Shown here: piece by piece, positions 1 through 9,198 of the stretch
Position numbering within the stretch: the first letter of the stretch is position 1
Layout of the letters: each line of letters starts with the position of its first letter
Source of the DNA: Chrysochromulina tobinii
Taxonomy: Eukaryota
Direction: 5' to 3'
Length of the DNA: 46,113 nucleotides
Assembly: GCA_001275005.1 (NCBI GenBank)
Contig: JWZX01003247.1
Span: forward strand, 1 to 46,113
The notes under the pieces: generated by a model
The model's input: only the letters and a program-made list of their open reading frames with translations
The model's database searches: none
What the model was told of the DNA's origin: nothing
Position numbers and translations under genes: made by a program

Positions 1-1
1 C

Positions 2-1906
2 GGCGGCCGCCTCGCGCGCCGGCAGGACCTTCCGCCCGAGGCCTTTTGGTCGGCAGGCGAGCTGCGGAGGGTCGTGCTGGCGCTGGGCAACGACTTTGGC
101 GTGCTCTTCGTCGCGCTGTCCTACCGGTGGCTCGCAAAGGAGCACCCCGACCCCGACGGCTTCCACCTCGGCATCGTGGCGGCGGTCGCCGAGCTCTACC
201 TCAACCTGAGGGGGGGGATAAAAGGACGGATTAACCTTGGCCCAGATGCATTTCCGTCGCAGCTCACCGCGGCGTTCCGGAGGCACGGGCTCGGCCTCCC
301 CGAGTTCGCGCTGTTCTGGGACTTTGCGAGCCTGCACCAGCCGCCGCGCACCAGAGCCGAGGCGAAGCTCTTCCCCAAGGGCCTGCAGAACTCCAATGTG
401 TGGTATGGCCACGCGCGCACCGTCGTATGGATGCAGAGTGAGCTGCCGAAGGGGTTTGCGGCGCGTATGCGAGCGAGCAAGCCGCCCCTCGCGGAGACGT
501 ACGAGGACTCGGGCTGGTGCTACGTCGAGGCCGCCATCAGCGCCGCCATCAAGCCCGGCTTCCTGCGCCTCGACCTCGCCAAGCGTACCGAGCAGGCGAT
601 GGCGTGCGCCTACGGGCCCGAAGAGCCGGGCGTCCCCGACGACAGGCTCGCGTGCGTGTGCGCGCGGCGTCGGCCGCCGCCGCCGTCGCCGGAAACGGTC
701 CGGCGCCTGCTGCAGACGGAGAAGCGCTTCACCAACTCGTCCGACGTGAGCAAGGTTGCGGACCTGTATGCGACCTTCTTCGGCAAGGTCACCAACGTCG
801 ACGCGCTCGTGTTCCAAGGGCTCGAGTGGGGCGACGCCGACGTCGTCGAGCTGTGCGAGGTGCTGCCCCGCTTTGCGGCCGTGAGAACGCTCGACCTCTC
901 CAGGAACAAGATCGGTCCGGAGGGCGCATCGGCACTCGGCGAGGCGCTCAAGGTCAACGCGGTGGTGACCGAGCTCGAGCTCAGCGGCAACGAGATCGGC
1001 GAAGAGGGTGCCAAGGCGATAGCTGAGGCGCTGAAGGTCAACGCGGTGTTGACCTCGGTGGACCTCCAGTCCAACTCCATCCGCGACGATGGTGCCAAGG
1101 CGATCGCGGAGGCGATGAAGGTCAACGCGGTCTTGACCACTCTGCGCCTGGACGGGAACGAGATCGGTTCGGAGGGAGCCATCGCGATCGCGGAGGCGCT
1201 GAAGGTCAACGCGGTCGTGACCACCTTGGACCTCAGGTGGAGCAAGATCGGCGTTGATGGTGCCAAGGCGATCGCGGAGGCGCTGAAGGTCAATGCGGTG
1301 GTGAACACCCTCTACCTCGGAGGCAACAGCATCGGGGACGAGGGTGCCAAGGCGATCGCGGAGGTGCTGAAGGTCAACGCGGTGTTGACCTCGGTGGACC
1401 TCCAGCTCAACTCCATCGGCAACGATGGTGCCAAGGCGATCGCGGAGGCGATGAAGGTCAACGCGGTGTTGACCTCGGTGGACCTCCAGCTCAACTCCAT
1501 CGGCAACGATGGCGCCAAGGCGATCGCAGAGGCCCTGAAGGTCAATGCGGTGGTGACCACCCTCTTCCTCTCGAGAAACAGCATCGGGGATGAGGGTGCC
1601 AAGGCAATCGCGGAGGCGCTGAAGGTCAACGCGGTGTTGACCTCGGTTGACCTCCAGGTCAACTGGATCGGCGACGATGGTGCCAAGGCGATCGTGGAGG
1701 CACTGAAGGTCAACGCGGTGGTGACCACCCTCAACTTCGGGTTCAACTCCATCGGGGTTGAGGGTGCCAAGGCGATCGCAAAGGCGCTGGAGGTCAACGC
1801 GGTCCTGACCAAGCTCGACCTCGAGTACAACAGCATGGGAGATGCAGGGAAAAAAGCGGTGCGAGATGCGGTGAAGGGCCGGAGTGGATTTGAGTTGGAG
1901 CTGTAG
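2..1906 (+). CDS. HET-like domain plus ribonuclease-inhibitor-type LRR protein (NLRC3-like annotation class); 5' end outside the window
   Basis: The frame is open from position 2 (GGRLARRQDLPPEAF...). N-terminal motifs VALSYRW, LFWDFASLHQ, NVWYGH and DSGWCYVE resemble the HET domain pattern. Twelve 28-aa LRRs (LxLxxNxIGxxGAKAIAEALKVNAV) follow. Stop TAG at 1904-1906. Confidence 0.85.
   Translation, partial: GGRLARRQDLPPEAFWSAGELRRVVLALGNDFGVLFVALSYRWLAKEHPDPDGFHLGIVAAVAELYLNLRGGIKGRINLGPDAFPSQLTAAFRRHGLGLPEFALFWDFASLHQPPRTRAEAKLFPKGLQNSNVWYGHARTVVWMQSELPKGFAARMRASKPPLAETYEDSGWCYVEAAISAAIKPGFLRLDLAKRTEQAMACAYGPEEPGVPDDRLACVCARRRPPPPSPETVRRLLQTEKRFTNSSDVSKVADLYATFFGKVTNVDALVFQGLEWGDADVVELCEVLPRFAAVRTLDLSRNKIGPEGASALGEALKVNAVVTELELSGNEIGEEGAKAIAEALKVNAVLTSVDLQSNSIRDDGAKAIAEAMKVNAVLTTLRLDGNEIGSEGAIAIAEALKVNAVVTTLDLRWSKIGVDGAKAIAEALKVNAVVNTLYLGGNSIGDEGAKAIAEVLKVNAVLTSVDLQLNSIGNDGAKAIAEAMKVNAVLTSVDLQLNSIGNDGAKAIAEALKVNAVVTTLFLSRNSIGDEGAKAIAEALKVNAVLTSVDLQVNWIGDDGAKAIVEALKVNAVVTTLNFGFNSIGVEGAKAIAKALEVNAVLTKLDLEYNSMGDAGKKAVRDAVKGRSGFELEL
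878..1880 (+). repeat. Coding tandem array of about 12 x 84-bp LRR units
   Basis: ggtgccaaggcgatcgcggaggcgctgaaggtcaacgcggtg recurs every 84 bp; units 7 and 8 are almost identical at DNA level. Confidence 0.95.
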
Positions 1907-2914
1907 AAAATGTTTGTGCAAGCAATGTGAACATGTGTGTATCGCTGTTTCGTGATCTGTGAAGTTATTTCCTAATATGGAAGCTGCCGGATTAGGCGTT
2001 TTCAATAGGGTGCTGGAAAAATTTACGCAAAGCGAGCGCGCGCTTCCACACAGGAGAAGGTCTCACGATGCCTTGTGTGGGGTCTGCTCGAGAAAAATGC
2101 TCGCCCATGAGGAAGCCTCCAGACATCCGCGGTCTCTCATGCTCGTACTCATGTCAAAAAACAAGGACGACGCCAATGGCGCCCTCAGAGTAGCCCTCCG
2201 AGCCGTTGCCAAGCCCGGACTCGCGATCGAGCTGTGACGGCTGGCGCCCAAAGCCACGGCACGACGGCCGCCTGCGGGTGCCGGCGCACCGCCTGCGCGC
2301 CTACCAGCACGCCCACCCGGTCAAACTGGCCAAGATGGCGCGCAAGCGCGCACAGCAGCGCTGGAGGCGGGCTGCTCACGCGATTTTGCAAGCAGGTGCG
2401 CGCACCTTTACGCTCGGGTGACGCACCTGAGGGCTGGCATTGTCGCGCACACCAACGCGTGCAACAAGGACGCCTTCCGCAAGCCGGTTCTCCGCTGCGT
2501 GGCCCGAAGACATTCGCTGATCGGACACCTTGAACACAATTCGTGGCGGCGGCCTTTGCGTCAAGGGTCATTGGGCCAGCCAACAGCTGCACCGCGGGCG
2601 CTGCGTGCTTGTATCCTGTGCTTCGCGGCGCGAGGCTCTTTCAAGACGAGCGCCCTGACCTCGCGTCTTGCCAAGGTGGTAGGAGCTCCTTGTGTGGCAA
2701 GAGCGACCGGCGCGTGTGCATCCTTTCAGGTGATGTCGGCGCAACGGTGGCAATCGCAATGCACGCCTCACCATAGGCAAGGCCCAAACTCGAGACGGTG
2801 AGCGACAGAGCGAGCAGTGCCCGTGTGGAGTATGTGCGCGCTGGCCTAGGGCGGTCGCAAGCTCGCTCTCGCGGGAGAATTAATACAGCTTCTCGGGCGA
2901 GGGAACGTCCCTGC

Positions 2915-3004
2915 CGCTGCACCTCGACGGGCATCATCCTGCGACGCTGCACCTCGACGGGCATCATCCTGCGACGCTGCACCTCGACGGGCATCATCCT
3001 GCGA
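2915..3004. repeat. Perfect 30-bp tandem repeat, 3 copies
   Basis: cgctgcacctcgacgggcatcatcctgcga x3, no spacers. Confidence 0.95.
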
Positions 3005-3531
3005 CCAAGCCGCACGCCATTGCGCTACGGGCTCGACGGCGGGGTCGCGCTCGGCTTAGCCGGCTTTAAGCGCTTTACGTTAAGGCTTAAGCGAAACGGG
3101 CTTGCAGCTAAGCGCGCGCATGATTAAACAAAACTTCAGCAGCGGGTCGAGGGTAAAGAAGCGTAAAGAAGCACAAGTTTGTCACAAAGGAATAGTTGAG
3201 CGGGGTCCGTGCCACCCCTCGCCGATATAGCCTGATAATGCCTGATTCTCCCCACGCGGGGAACGATCTGCACGATCTCCCGTCGATTTCATGTGCCAGT
3301 ACACTAGCCGAACACCGCCCCCGGGGGAGCGGTTGGGGAGCGGCTTCGCTTTGGGACGTCTGCGTTTCCATGTGTACTACTATGATTCTCTGGCTGCCGA
3401 TTGCTACGCGTCCTCGACGATTGCTCCACCTCGACCTGAACCGAACAAGACCCCTGGTGGTCCCTGTCTCCAACACATCTGTGGGTCGACTGCAAGGTCT
3501 GCTGCCGGTGCGGCGGACACTCACTCGGCTC

Positions 3532-6075
3532 TCACGGCGCGGCAAACATCTTGCCAAACATGGCCTTGTCCCTCCGCGATTGCTCCTTCATCGCCTCCTT
3601 GAGCTCCTCGAGCTCCTTGCGCACCTCGCGGTTCTGTGGGTCCGCCTTGGCGGCAGTGAGCAGATCCGCCTTCGCGCCTTCGAAGTCCAGATTCAAGCGC
3701 TTCGCCTGCGCGCGCCGGTACAGCGCCTTGACGTTCGCCATGTCGAGCTTGAGCGCGTCGTTGCTCGCCTTCTCCGCCATAGCTCCGTCCCCAAGCTTCA
3801 GATGGCACGCGGCGATGTTGAGGAAGCACGAGAGCGTGATGGCTTTCGACTCACTGAGTTTCGTCTCGATTTCTGCGTCCGACAGCACCGCTGCCGACCT
3901 CACCGAACTCGCCTCTGAAGCCTCCGAAGCCGCCGAAGCCGACGAAGTCGCCGCCGCCGCGCCATCCGAAATGTCGACCCCGGCCTTCTCCTGCTCCCCG
4001 GCCTTCTCCTCTCTCTCCTGTTTGAAATCGGAGAATCGGGGCGCCTTGGAGTTGGAATCCGTGTACCTGCGGAGCCATCTCATGCAATCGTGAATACTCA
4101 GAGGCACCCAACGGCACTCGGCGGCACTCAGGGGCACTCAGCGACGGGTGGACGAACTTGTGCAATGCGAATCGATACTCTCCACGCGCGAAGAGCTTGT
4201 TGCCGCGGCTCTTGAAGCGCATCTGCGCAGCGAGACGCTCCTCGCCGTCCATCGACCACGTCTCCTTGGCTCTGACGAAGCTGAGCAGCTCGAGCTCGAT
4301 CACGACGGCGCTCTCCCTTGCCAAAAAAGGACCAGTCGAATCGAAGCTGGGGCTGCCATACGCCCAAGCCGCCGCCGCCGTGAGCTGCACGAGCTCGCCC
4401 GATTTCATATGGCGGACGGCGGCGTCGATGCACGGCAGGACGCCGGCGGCACCGCCCTCGCTCTGCATAAAAGTACGCGGGCGCTCGATGGGCACCTCTT
4501 CGAGGACCTCGCCGTCCGTGCGCCACGACGGCGAGCCGCCGCCCTCGCCTTGGGCGGTCGAGGCAAGGCGGCGCACCGTGTAACGCACGACGCAGATGGA
4601 CTCTTCATTCGGGGTGAGGTGATCGCCCTTCTCCGACTCCCGCAGTATCTTTTTGATCACCAGCCCATCTGTGAACGGCACCTCCTCCACCTTCGTCCAA
4701 CTTTCGAGGCGCACCTTGAGGCACATGAGAGCACCGTCGGCGCCCGCGTCGGTGCCCGCGACGGCGCCCGCACCCGCCGTCTTGGGCAAGGAGACGCGCA
4801 GCTCCGCCGTCTCATACAGCTGCATCAGCGGCAGTAACGTCTCGAGCCGTGCCGCCAGATCCGCGGGAGATGCGCCCGTCACGGCGCCCTCCTTCTCGAC
4901 CAATCTCGTGCCGATCTCGGCCACTTCCACGTTCGACGCGATCGCACCGAGCGTCACCACCAGACCCTCGGCGCTCGATGCGACCGGCGCGCTGGGCGAT
5001 CTGCGCACCTCGAGATCGAGCTTGACCTCGTACCGCGCCCTCGCCCTCTCCCACCCCTGGCCGCGCCTGAGGACCCGCTTGAGCATCGAGCCGTCCTTGG
5101 TGGCTGAGATGTCTTCGACCCCCACCCAATGCAGCAGCTCGACGGTGATGAAGAGCTCCGCGTTCGGAGGTACGCCGAGATCGGGAGCTCCCGCAGCGCC
5201 GTACCCGAGGGCGGGCGCCACCTTGAGCTCGCACACCTGATGAGGGAGGCACTCAGAGGTCATCGGTCATCAGCGTGTAGGAATGGTGCGACCGCGAGAC
5301 ACTCAGTCGCAATCAGTCGCAATCAAGAGGAGCGCGAGACCCTCAGTCGCAATCAGTCGCAATCAGCGGCAATCAAGAGGAGCGCGAGACCACACACCTC
5401 GCCAGTCGTCATGCCGTTGGCGCCCACGACGGCGCTCTGAAAGAAGGTGGGAACGGACGCGTCGCCTGCTGTGAACGTCTGCTCGAAGTCCTTGAGAAAG
5501 GGTTCACCGTCGCGGCTCAGCCGGCCGGTCCACCTGAGCGTGATCTCGGCGCGCGAGCTCGGCCGCTCCCAGCTCGTGCCCTTGACGAGCCTCCACTTGA
5601 CGAGCTGGCCGTTGTGCGACTGGGTGCGCTCGAAGAGGCGGTGCAGCGTCATCTCGTACTCGAGCACGCTCGCCGCCGGCACGCCGCGCGCCGCGTCGCC
5701 CTCGTCGCCGTAGCCCTGTGAAGGCTGCACTGTGAAGTGCGACATCTCGCCCACTTGCATCGTCTTGAGCCCGGCCTCGACACCCGCGGGCAAGCCGGTG
5801 GATCCGACCGTCAGGCGCCTCCTCGTCGCCTCTTCGAAGGGAGTCTCGCTGCCGGCCACGCGCGCCTTGTAATCGACCTCGACGTCCCACTCTTGCTGCG
5901 GATTGTCGTAGTCGGCGCCCGCGGTGAGGAGCGTCTTGGTCACCGAGTGGTCCTTGAGCACGTCAAAGGTCTTGCCGACGTCCGAACTTTCGAGATGGTG
6001 AGCCGCAAAGTTGCTGCCATCGTCGGGGTCCTCCGGGATAAATCCTCCACCGCCCATTCCATCCGCGTCGTCCAG

Positions 6076-6113
<38 letters not shown>

Positions 6114-6216
6114 TGGGCGACTGATCCGCGGCGCCCTTGCGCTCGTCCTCGTCTACCTGGGCCAGGATCGCGCCCGTGTCCACCTTGGAAAATGTGGTAA
6201 GGTTCTTGGTGCTCAT
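3532..6216 (-). CDS. Multi-FKBP-domain peptidyl-prolyl isomerase with C-terminal TPRs (FKBP62/ROF1-like), about 810 aa; exons 6216-5398, 5236-4158, 4066-3532
   Basis: FKBP motifs GLKTMQVGE..GYG..GVPAASVLEYEMTL, GYG..GVPPNAELFITVELL and AVRHMKSGE..AYG; TPR motifs KSRGNKLF, FLNIAACHLKL, NVKALYRRAQA. Two GT-AG introns join three ORFs in frame (2433 nt). Confidence 0.9.
4067..4157 (-). other. GT-AG intron (91 bp, phase 2) in the FKBP gene
   Basis: AA|GTTCG...CCGCAG|GTACACG; contains tgagtgcc repeats; restores ALHK-YTDS in the TPR region. Confidence 0.8.
5237..5397 (-). other. GT-AG intron (161 bp, phase 0) in the FKBP gene
   Basis: GAG|GTGTGTG...CCCTCATCAG|GTGTGCG; filled with tgattgcgac repeats; restores GMTTGE|VCELKV. 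Confidence 0.9.
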
Positions 6217-6577
6217 GGCGATTGAGTCGGCCGATGTCGGGCCGAGAGCACCTGCGAGTTCCTTCCAGACGAGCCCCAAACTCGTGACGTGGCACCGAGA
6301 CGTTTCAGGACGATTCGCTCAATCCGTTCAAAACACAGGGTGGAGCCGGGACACACGCGGGTATTCAAGTTGTAGTGTGTGGGGTGCTTTTGGTATCCGG
6401 CGGCTCGGATACATGATCTGAAAAAATGGCGCATCGTGGCGGGTCGGAGCCGGGAGCGTCCCGCCGTCCCGTCCCAGCATATGCGCGTGCGTCTCAACAT
6501 CAATCTGAATGTCCAGTTCTCCGCTGATAGAATCGTAAATCAGAATTCTCTATTCTGTGCTGTTGAGACCGGAAATC

Positions 6578-8911
6578 TCACGCCGACGTGTCCTCGAGCT
6601 GCTTCTGCCGGTACTCGGACGGCGCGCGAGCCGAGCCGACGCTCGATCGGCGGCCCATGATGAGGTCACGCCTCGCTGTGCTCGCGTCGACACCCGAACT
6701 CATCGAGTCAGCCATCCACCCTAAGATGGATGAGTCACTCACGCCGGGGCTCGGCGCTGGTAGCCGCGAGGGCGTAGGCATCGAGTTAGAGCTCCTCTCA
6801 TTGAGCCGCGTGTTCCTCGACGAGCGCACGAGGGACTCCAACATTGTCAGCATGGTGCTCATCTGCACCCGCATCGCCTTAATCTCGGCCGCGTCGCCGC
6901 CAGCCGGGCCTCCGAAGCCACCGGCAGTGCCCGCGGCTCGAATGACGGCTTTAGGGAATAAGTGCCGTCTGGAGCGAAAGGAGCTATCATCCGCCGCCGG
7001 CGGCGCGCCGGCGCGCCGGGCTTGAGCCGGAACTTGTTCGGCATCGGCCGCTAAGAGCATCAGGTAGAGCGGGTCCTGCTTCGCGAGCAGGTTGCAGTAC
7101 TGGCGCCAGTGGTGCTGGATGCGCAGGACACGGCACAAGATTGGGTCAGAAGGGCCATTCACGCGCAGCAACGAGGCGTAGTAGTCGAGCTGATCCATGA
7201 CGTAGATGTCTCGCATCAACGCACGGCTAATGGTGCGCGCCGACTGCGGGTCGTGTTCCAGCAGGTGGGTCAGATCCTCCTTCGTTATGAGGAAGACTTC
7301 GCAATCCGAAATGGCCATGTGCGTCTTCGCGCGCCGCCGTCCCAGCAGCGTGTCGGTGCCAAGCACCCCCTCGCTCCTCATCTCGATAGTCACGGATCCA
7401 TCCACGATGTCGAGCTTGTACTGAGACGTGGGCGTGATGCGCATCTCGGTGATCGTCTCATCCGCGCGCAGCAGCACACCCGCCTCGCCTTTGGTGAGGA
7501 AGAGCAGGTCGCGCGAGGCATCGCCTTTGTGGAAGATGACTTCGTTGGCCTTAAAGAAACCCGGGCGCAACTTTGAGAAGGCCCGCTGCTGGAAGTCCAA
7601 GCTCATCTTTTTGAACAGCACGAGCTTGCCGACGTTATCCTGCAACACGTGCTTGACCACCTCGGCGTTCAGCGTCGGATTGAGGCCTGACAAAATGTCG
7701 TCCTCGTCCAAGACAGGCTTCTGCTTGTGGTAGTGCTCGTAGTAGCGGCGTACGCGTATCGCGAGGTTCTTTGGAATCGAACGCCACTCGATGTACTCCT
7801 TGAGCGCGTACATCTTCTCCTCCACATGCTTGGTTTGGCTGTCGAGCGACGCGACGGAGGCGCCGATCTGTCCGATGATGTACGAGAAGATGAGCGATGA
7901 AATGATGAGGCTACCCGTCGCGTATGCAATCTCGGTGTTCGAGACGGCGATGATGTCGCCATAACCCACCGTCGTAAGAGTTGTGAGCGCCCAGTAAACG
8001 GAGAGCATGTACTTGTAGCTCACCTCGCGGTCCGCGGCCTCCTCGTCGTAGCGGAGGAGCCACGTCCTGCCGTCCTCGGTTGGGAACCACGTCGTGTAAA
8101 ACCAGCCGCAGCCAAGCAGGTGCGCGCAGTAAAGCAGCTGACAGATCAGCGTCACCAGACGCATGAGGTGCACGTTGATGTGGATTTCACTATCCTCGAG
8201 GCGCGTCCGAATCTCGCTCATCTTGAAGAGCTTTAGGAGCCGGATCAGGCGGAAGAGGCGAAGCATGCGCATTGCCGCCACGTCGGCCGAGGCCTCACCC
8301 ACAACGAGCTCGAGGAGCTCGATGGGGATCGACGATGGCGCGTCAATCCAGAACCAGCCGCTCATGTACTTTTGGGCGATCGGCAGACCACGCGTCTCCC
8401 AGACGGAGTAGTCGATGATGTACGCAGTTCGAAAGGTGAAGATCACGTCGACGATGAAGACAAGGGAGCTGAGCATCTCGAACGTCCACACCCAGCCCTC
8501 CGCATCGACTTGGAAGCCGATGCGCACGGGAACCATGATAGCCGCATACAGGATGAGCATTGCGATCATCATATCCCAACTTTGCTTCCACGGCTCGTAT
8601 GGATAGATGACGCCTATGGAATTCAGGCAGTCGCAGCGGCGGAATTCGGAAGCGCCAACCTCGTCCTCTCCGACGTGTGGCCTCGAACGAGTGCCCGTTG
8701 GCATCATGCGCATGAAAGTCTTCGCGTGCGCGGCTGCCGCGCGCACTGGTGAGCCCGGTTCCCAGCAGCCGGAGCTCACGACTGCAGCCTCCCACAAGTG
8801 ATGCGCCGCCTCTCCCAGATGGTTCCGAAAGAGCTGCAGGTGCTCGCGGGCGCCCCTCGTGGGTATACCATCGAGGTCAGGGTCGTCACTTGTGGTCGGG
8901 TCACTCGGCAT
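6578..8911 (-). CDS. Voltage-gated K+ channel with cyclic-nucleotide-binding homology domain (KCNH/HCN/CNGK-like), intronless
   Basis: S1-S6 hydrophobic segments, S4 MRMLRLFRLIRLLKLFK, pore filter TTLTTVGYGD, C-linker and CNBD (EVIFHKGD..LLFLTKGEA). First ATG at 8911; the ORF track starts at a TTG at 8935. Confidence 0.92.
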   Translation of the reverse strand: MPSDPTTSDDPDLDGIPTRGAREHLQLFRNHLGEAAHHLWEAAVVSSGCWEPGSPVRAAAAHAKTFMRMMPTGTRSRPHVGEDEVGASEFRRCDCLNSIGVIYPYEPWKQSWDMMIAMLILYAAIMVPVRIGFQVDAEGWVWTFEMLSSLVFIVDVIFTFRTAYIIDYSVWETRGLPIAQKYMSGWFWIDAPSSIPIELLELVVGEASADVAAMRMLRLFRLIRLLKLFKMSEIRTRLEDSEIHINVHLMRLVTLICQLLYCAHLLGCGWFYTTWFPTEDGRTWLLRYDEEAADREVSYKYMLSVYWALTTLTTVGYGDIIAVSNTEIAYATGSLIISSLIFSYIIGQIGASVASLDSQTKHVEEKMYALKEYIEWRSIPKNLAIRVRRYYEHYHKQKPVLDEDDILSGLNPTLNAEVVKHVLQDNVGKLVLFKKMSLDFQQRAFSKLRPGFFKANEVIFHKGDASRDLLFLTKGEAGVLLRADETITEMRITPTSQYKLDIVDGSVTIEMRSEGVLGTDTLLGRRRAKTHMAISDCEVFLITKEDLTHLLEHDPQSARTISRALMRDIYVMDQLDYYASLLRVNGPSDPILCRVLRIQHHWRQYCNLLAKQDPLYLMLLAADAEQVPAQARRAGAPPAADDSSFRSRRHLFPKAVIRAAGTAGGFGGPAGGDAAEIKAMRVQMSTMLTMLESLVRSSRNTRLNERSSNSMPTPSRLPAPSPGVSDSSILGWMADSMSSGVDASTARRDLIMGRRSSVGSARAPSEYRQKQLEDTSA

Positions 8912-9198
8912 GGTGAATGTTTCCAGAGCCTCCAAATCCTCCTTGGACGGGACCGGCCATCATTCTAGTTCGCGACGCCCCGCGCCGGCGCGTCTTACTG
9001 CGTATTGCGGGCTTACCCGTGACGATGCACGATCGAAAAACAGGGATCTATGTAGCTCTTCTAAGCTAGGGAAATTACGATCTAATTTGGGATTACATCA
9101 AGTACGAAATGAAAGTGGAAACTCTCGACCGGTCTCGTTTGACTATGGTCTATGCACTATTGTTCTGTGCTTCTCGTCCTCAGGCGTCAACACCTCCG

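Noticed and set aside
878..1880. Regularly spaced repeats with variable intervening sequence, superficially CRISPR-like
   Set aside because: The 84-bp period is in frame and encodes LRRs; there are no cas genes and the DNA is eukaryotic.
1959..2421. TGA-terminated ORFs as possible selenoprotein read-through
   Set aside because: No redox motif context around the TGA and no SECIS that I can identify.
2915..3004. 30-bp repeats as a mini CRISPR array
   Set aside because: Head-to-tail copies with no spacers.
6393..6412. Short hairpins (gtatccg..cggatac here; also near 37875-37891 and 40532-40554) as RNA genes or Helitron ends
   Set aside because: Stems of only 6-7 bp, expected by chance in GC-rich DNA; no tRNA cloverleaf or matching element termini.
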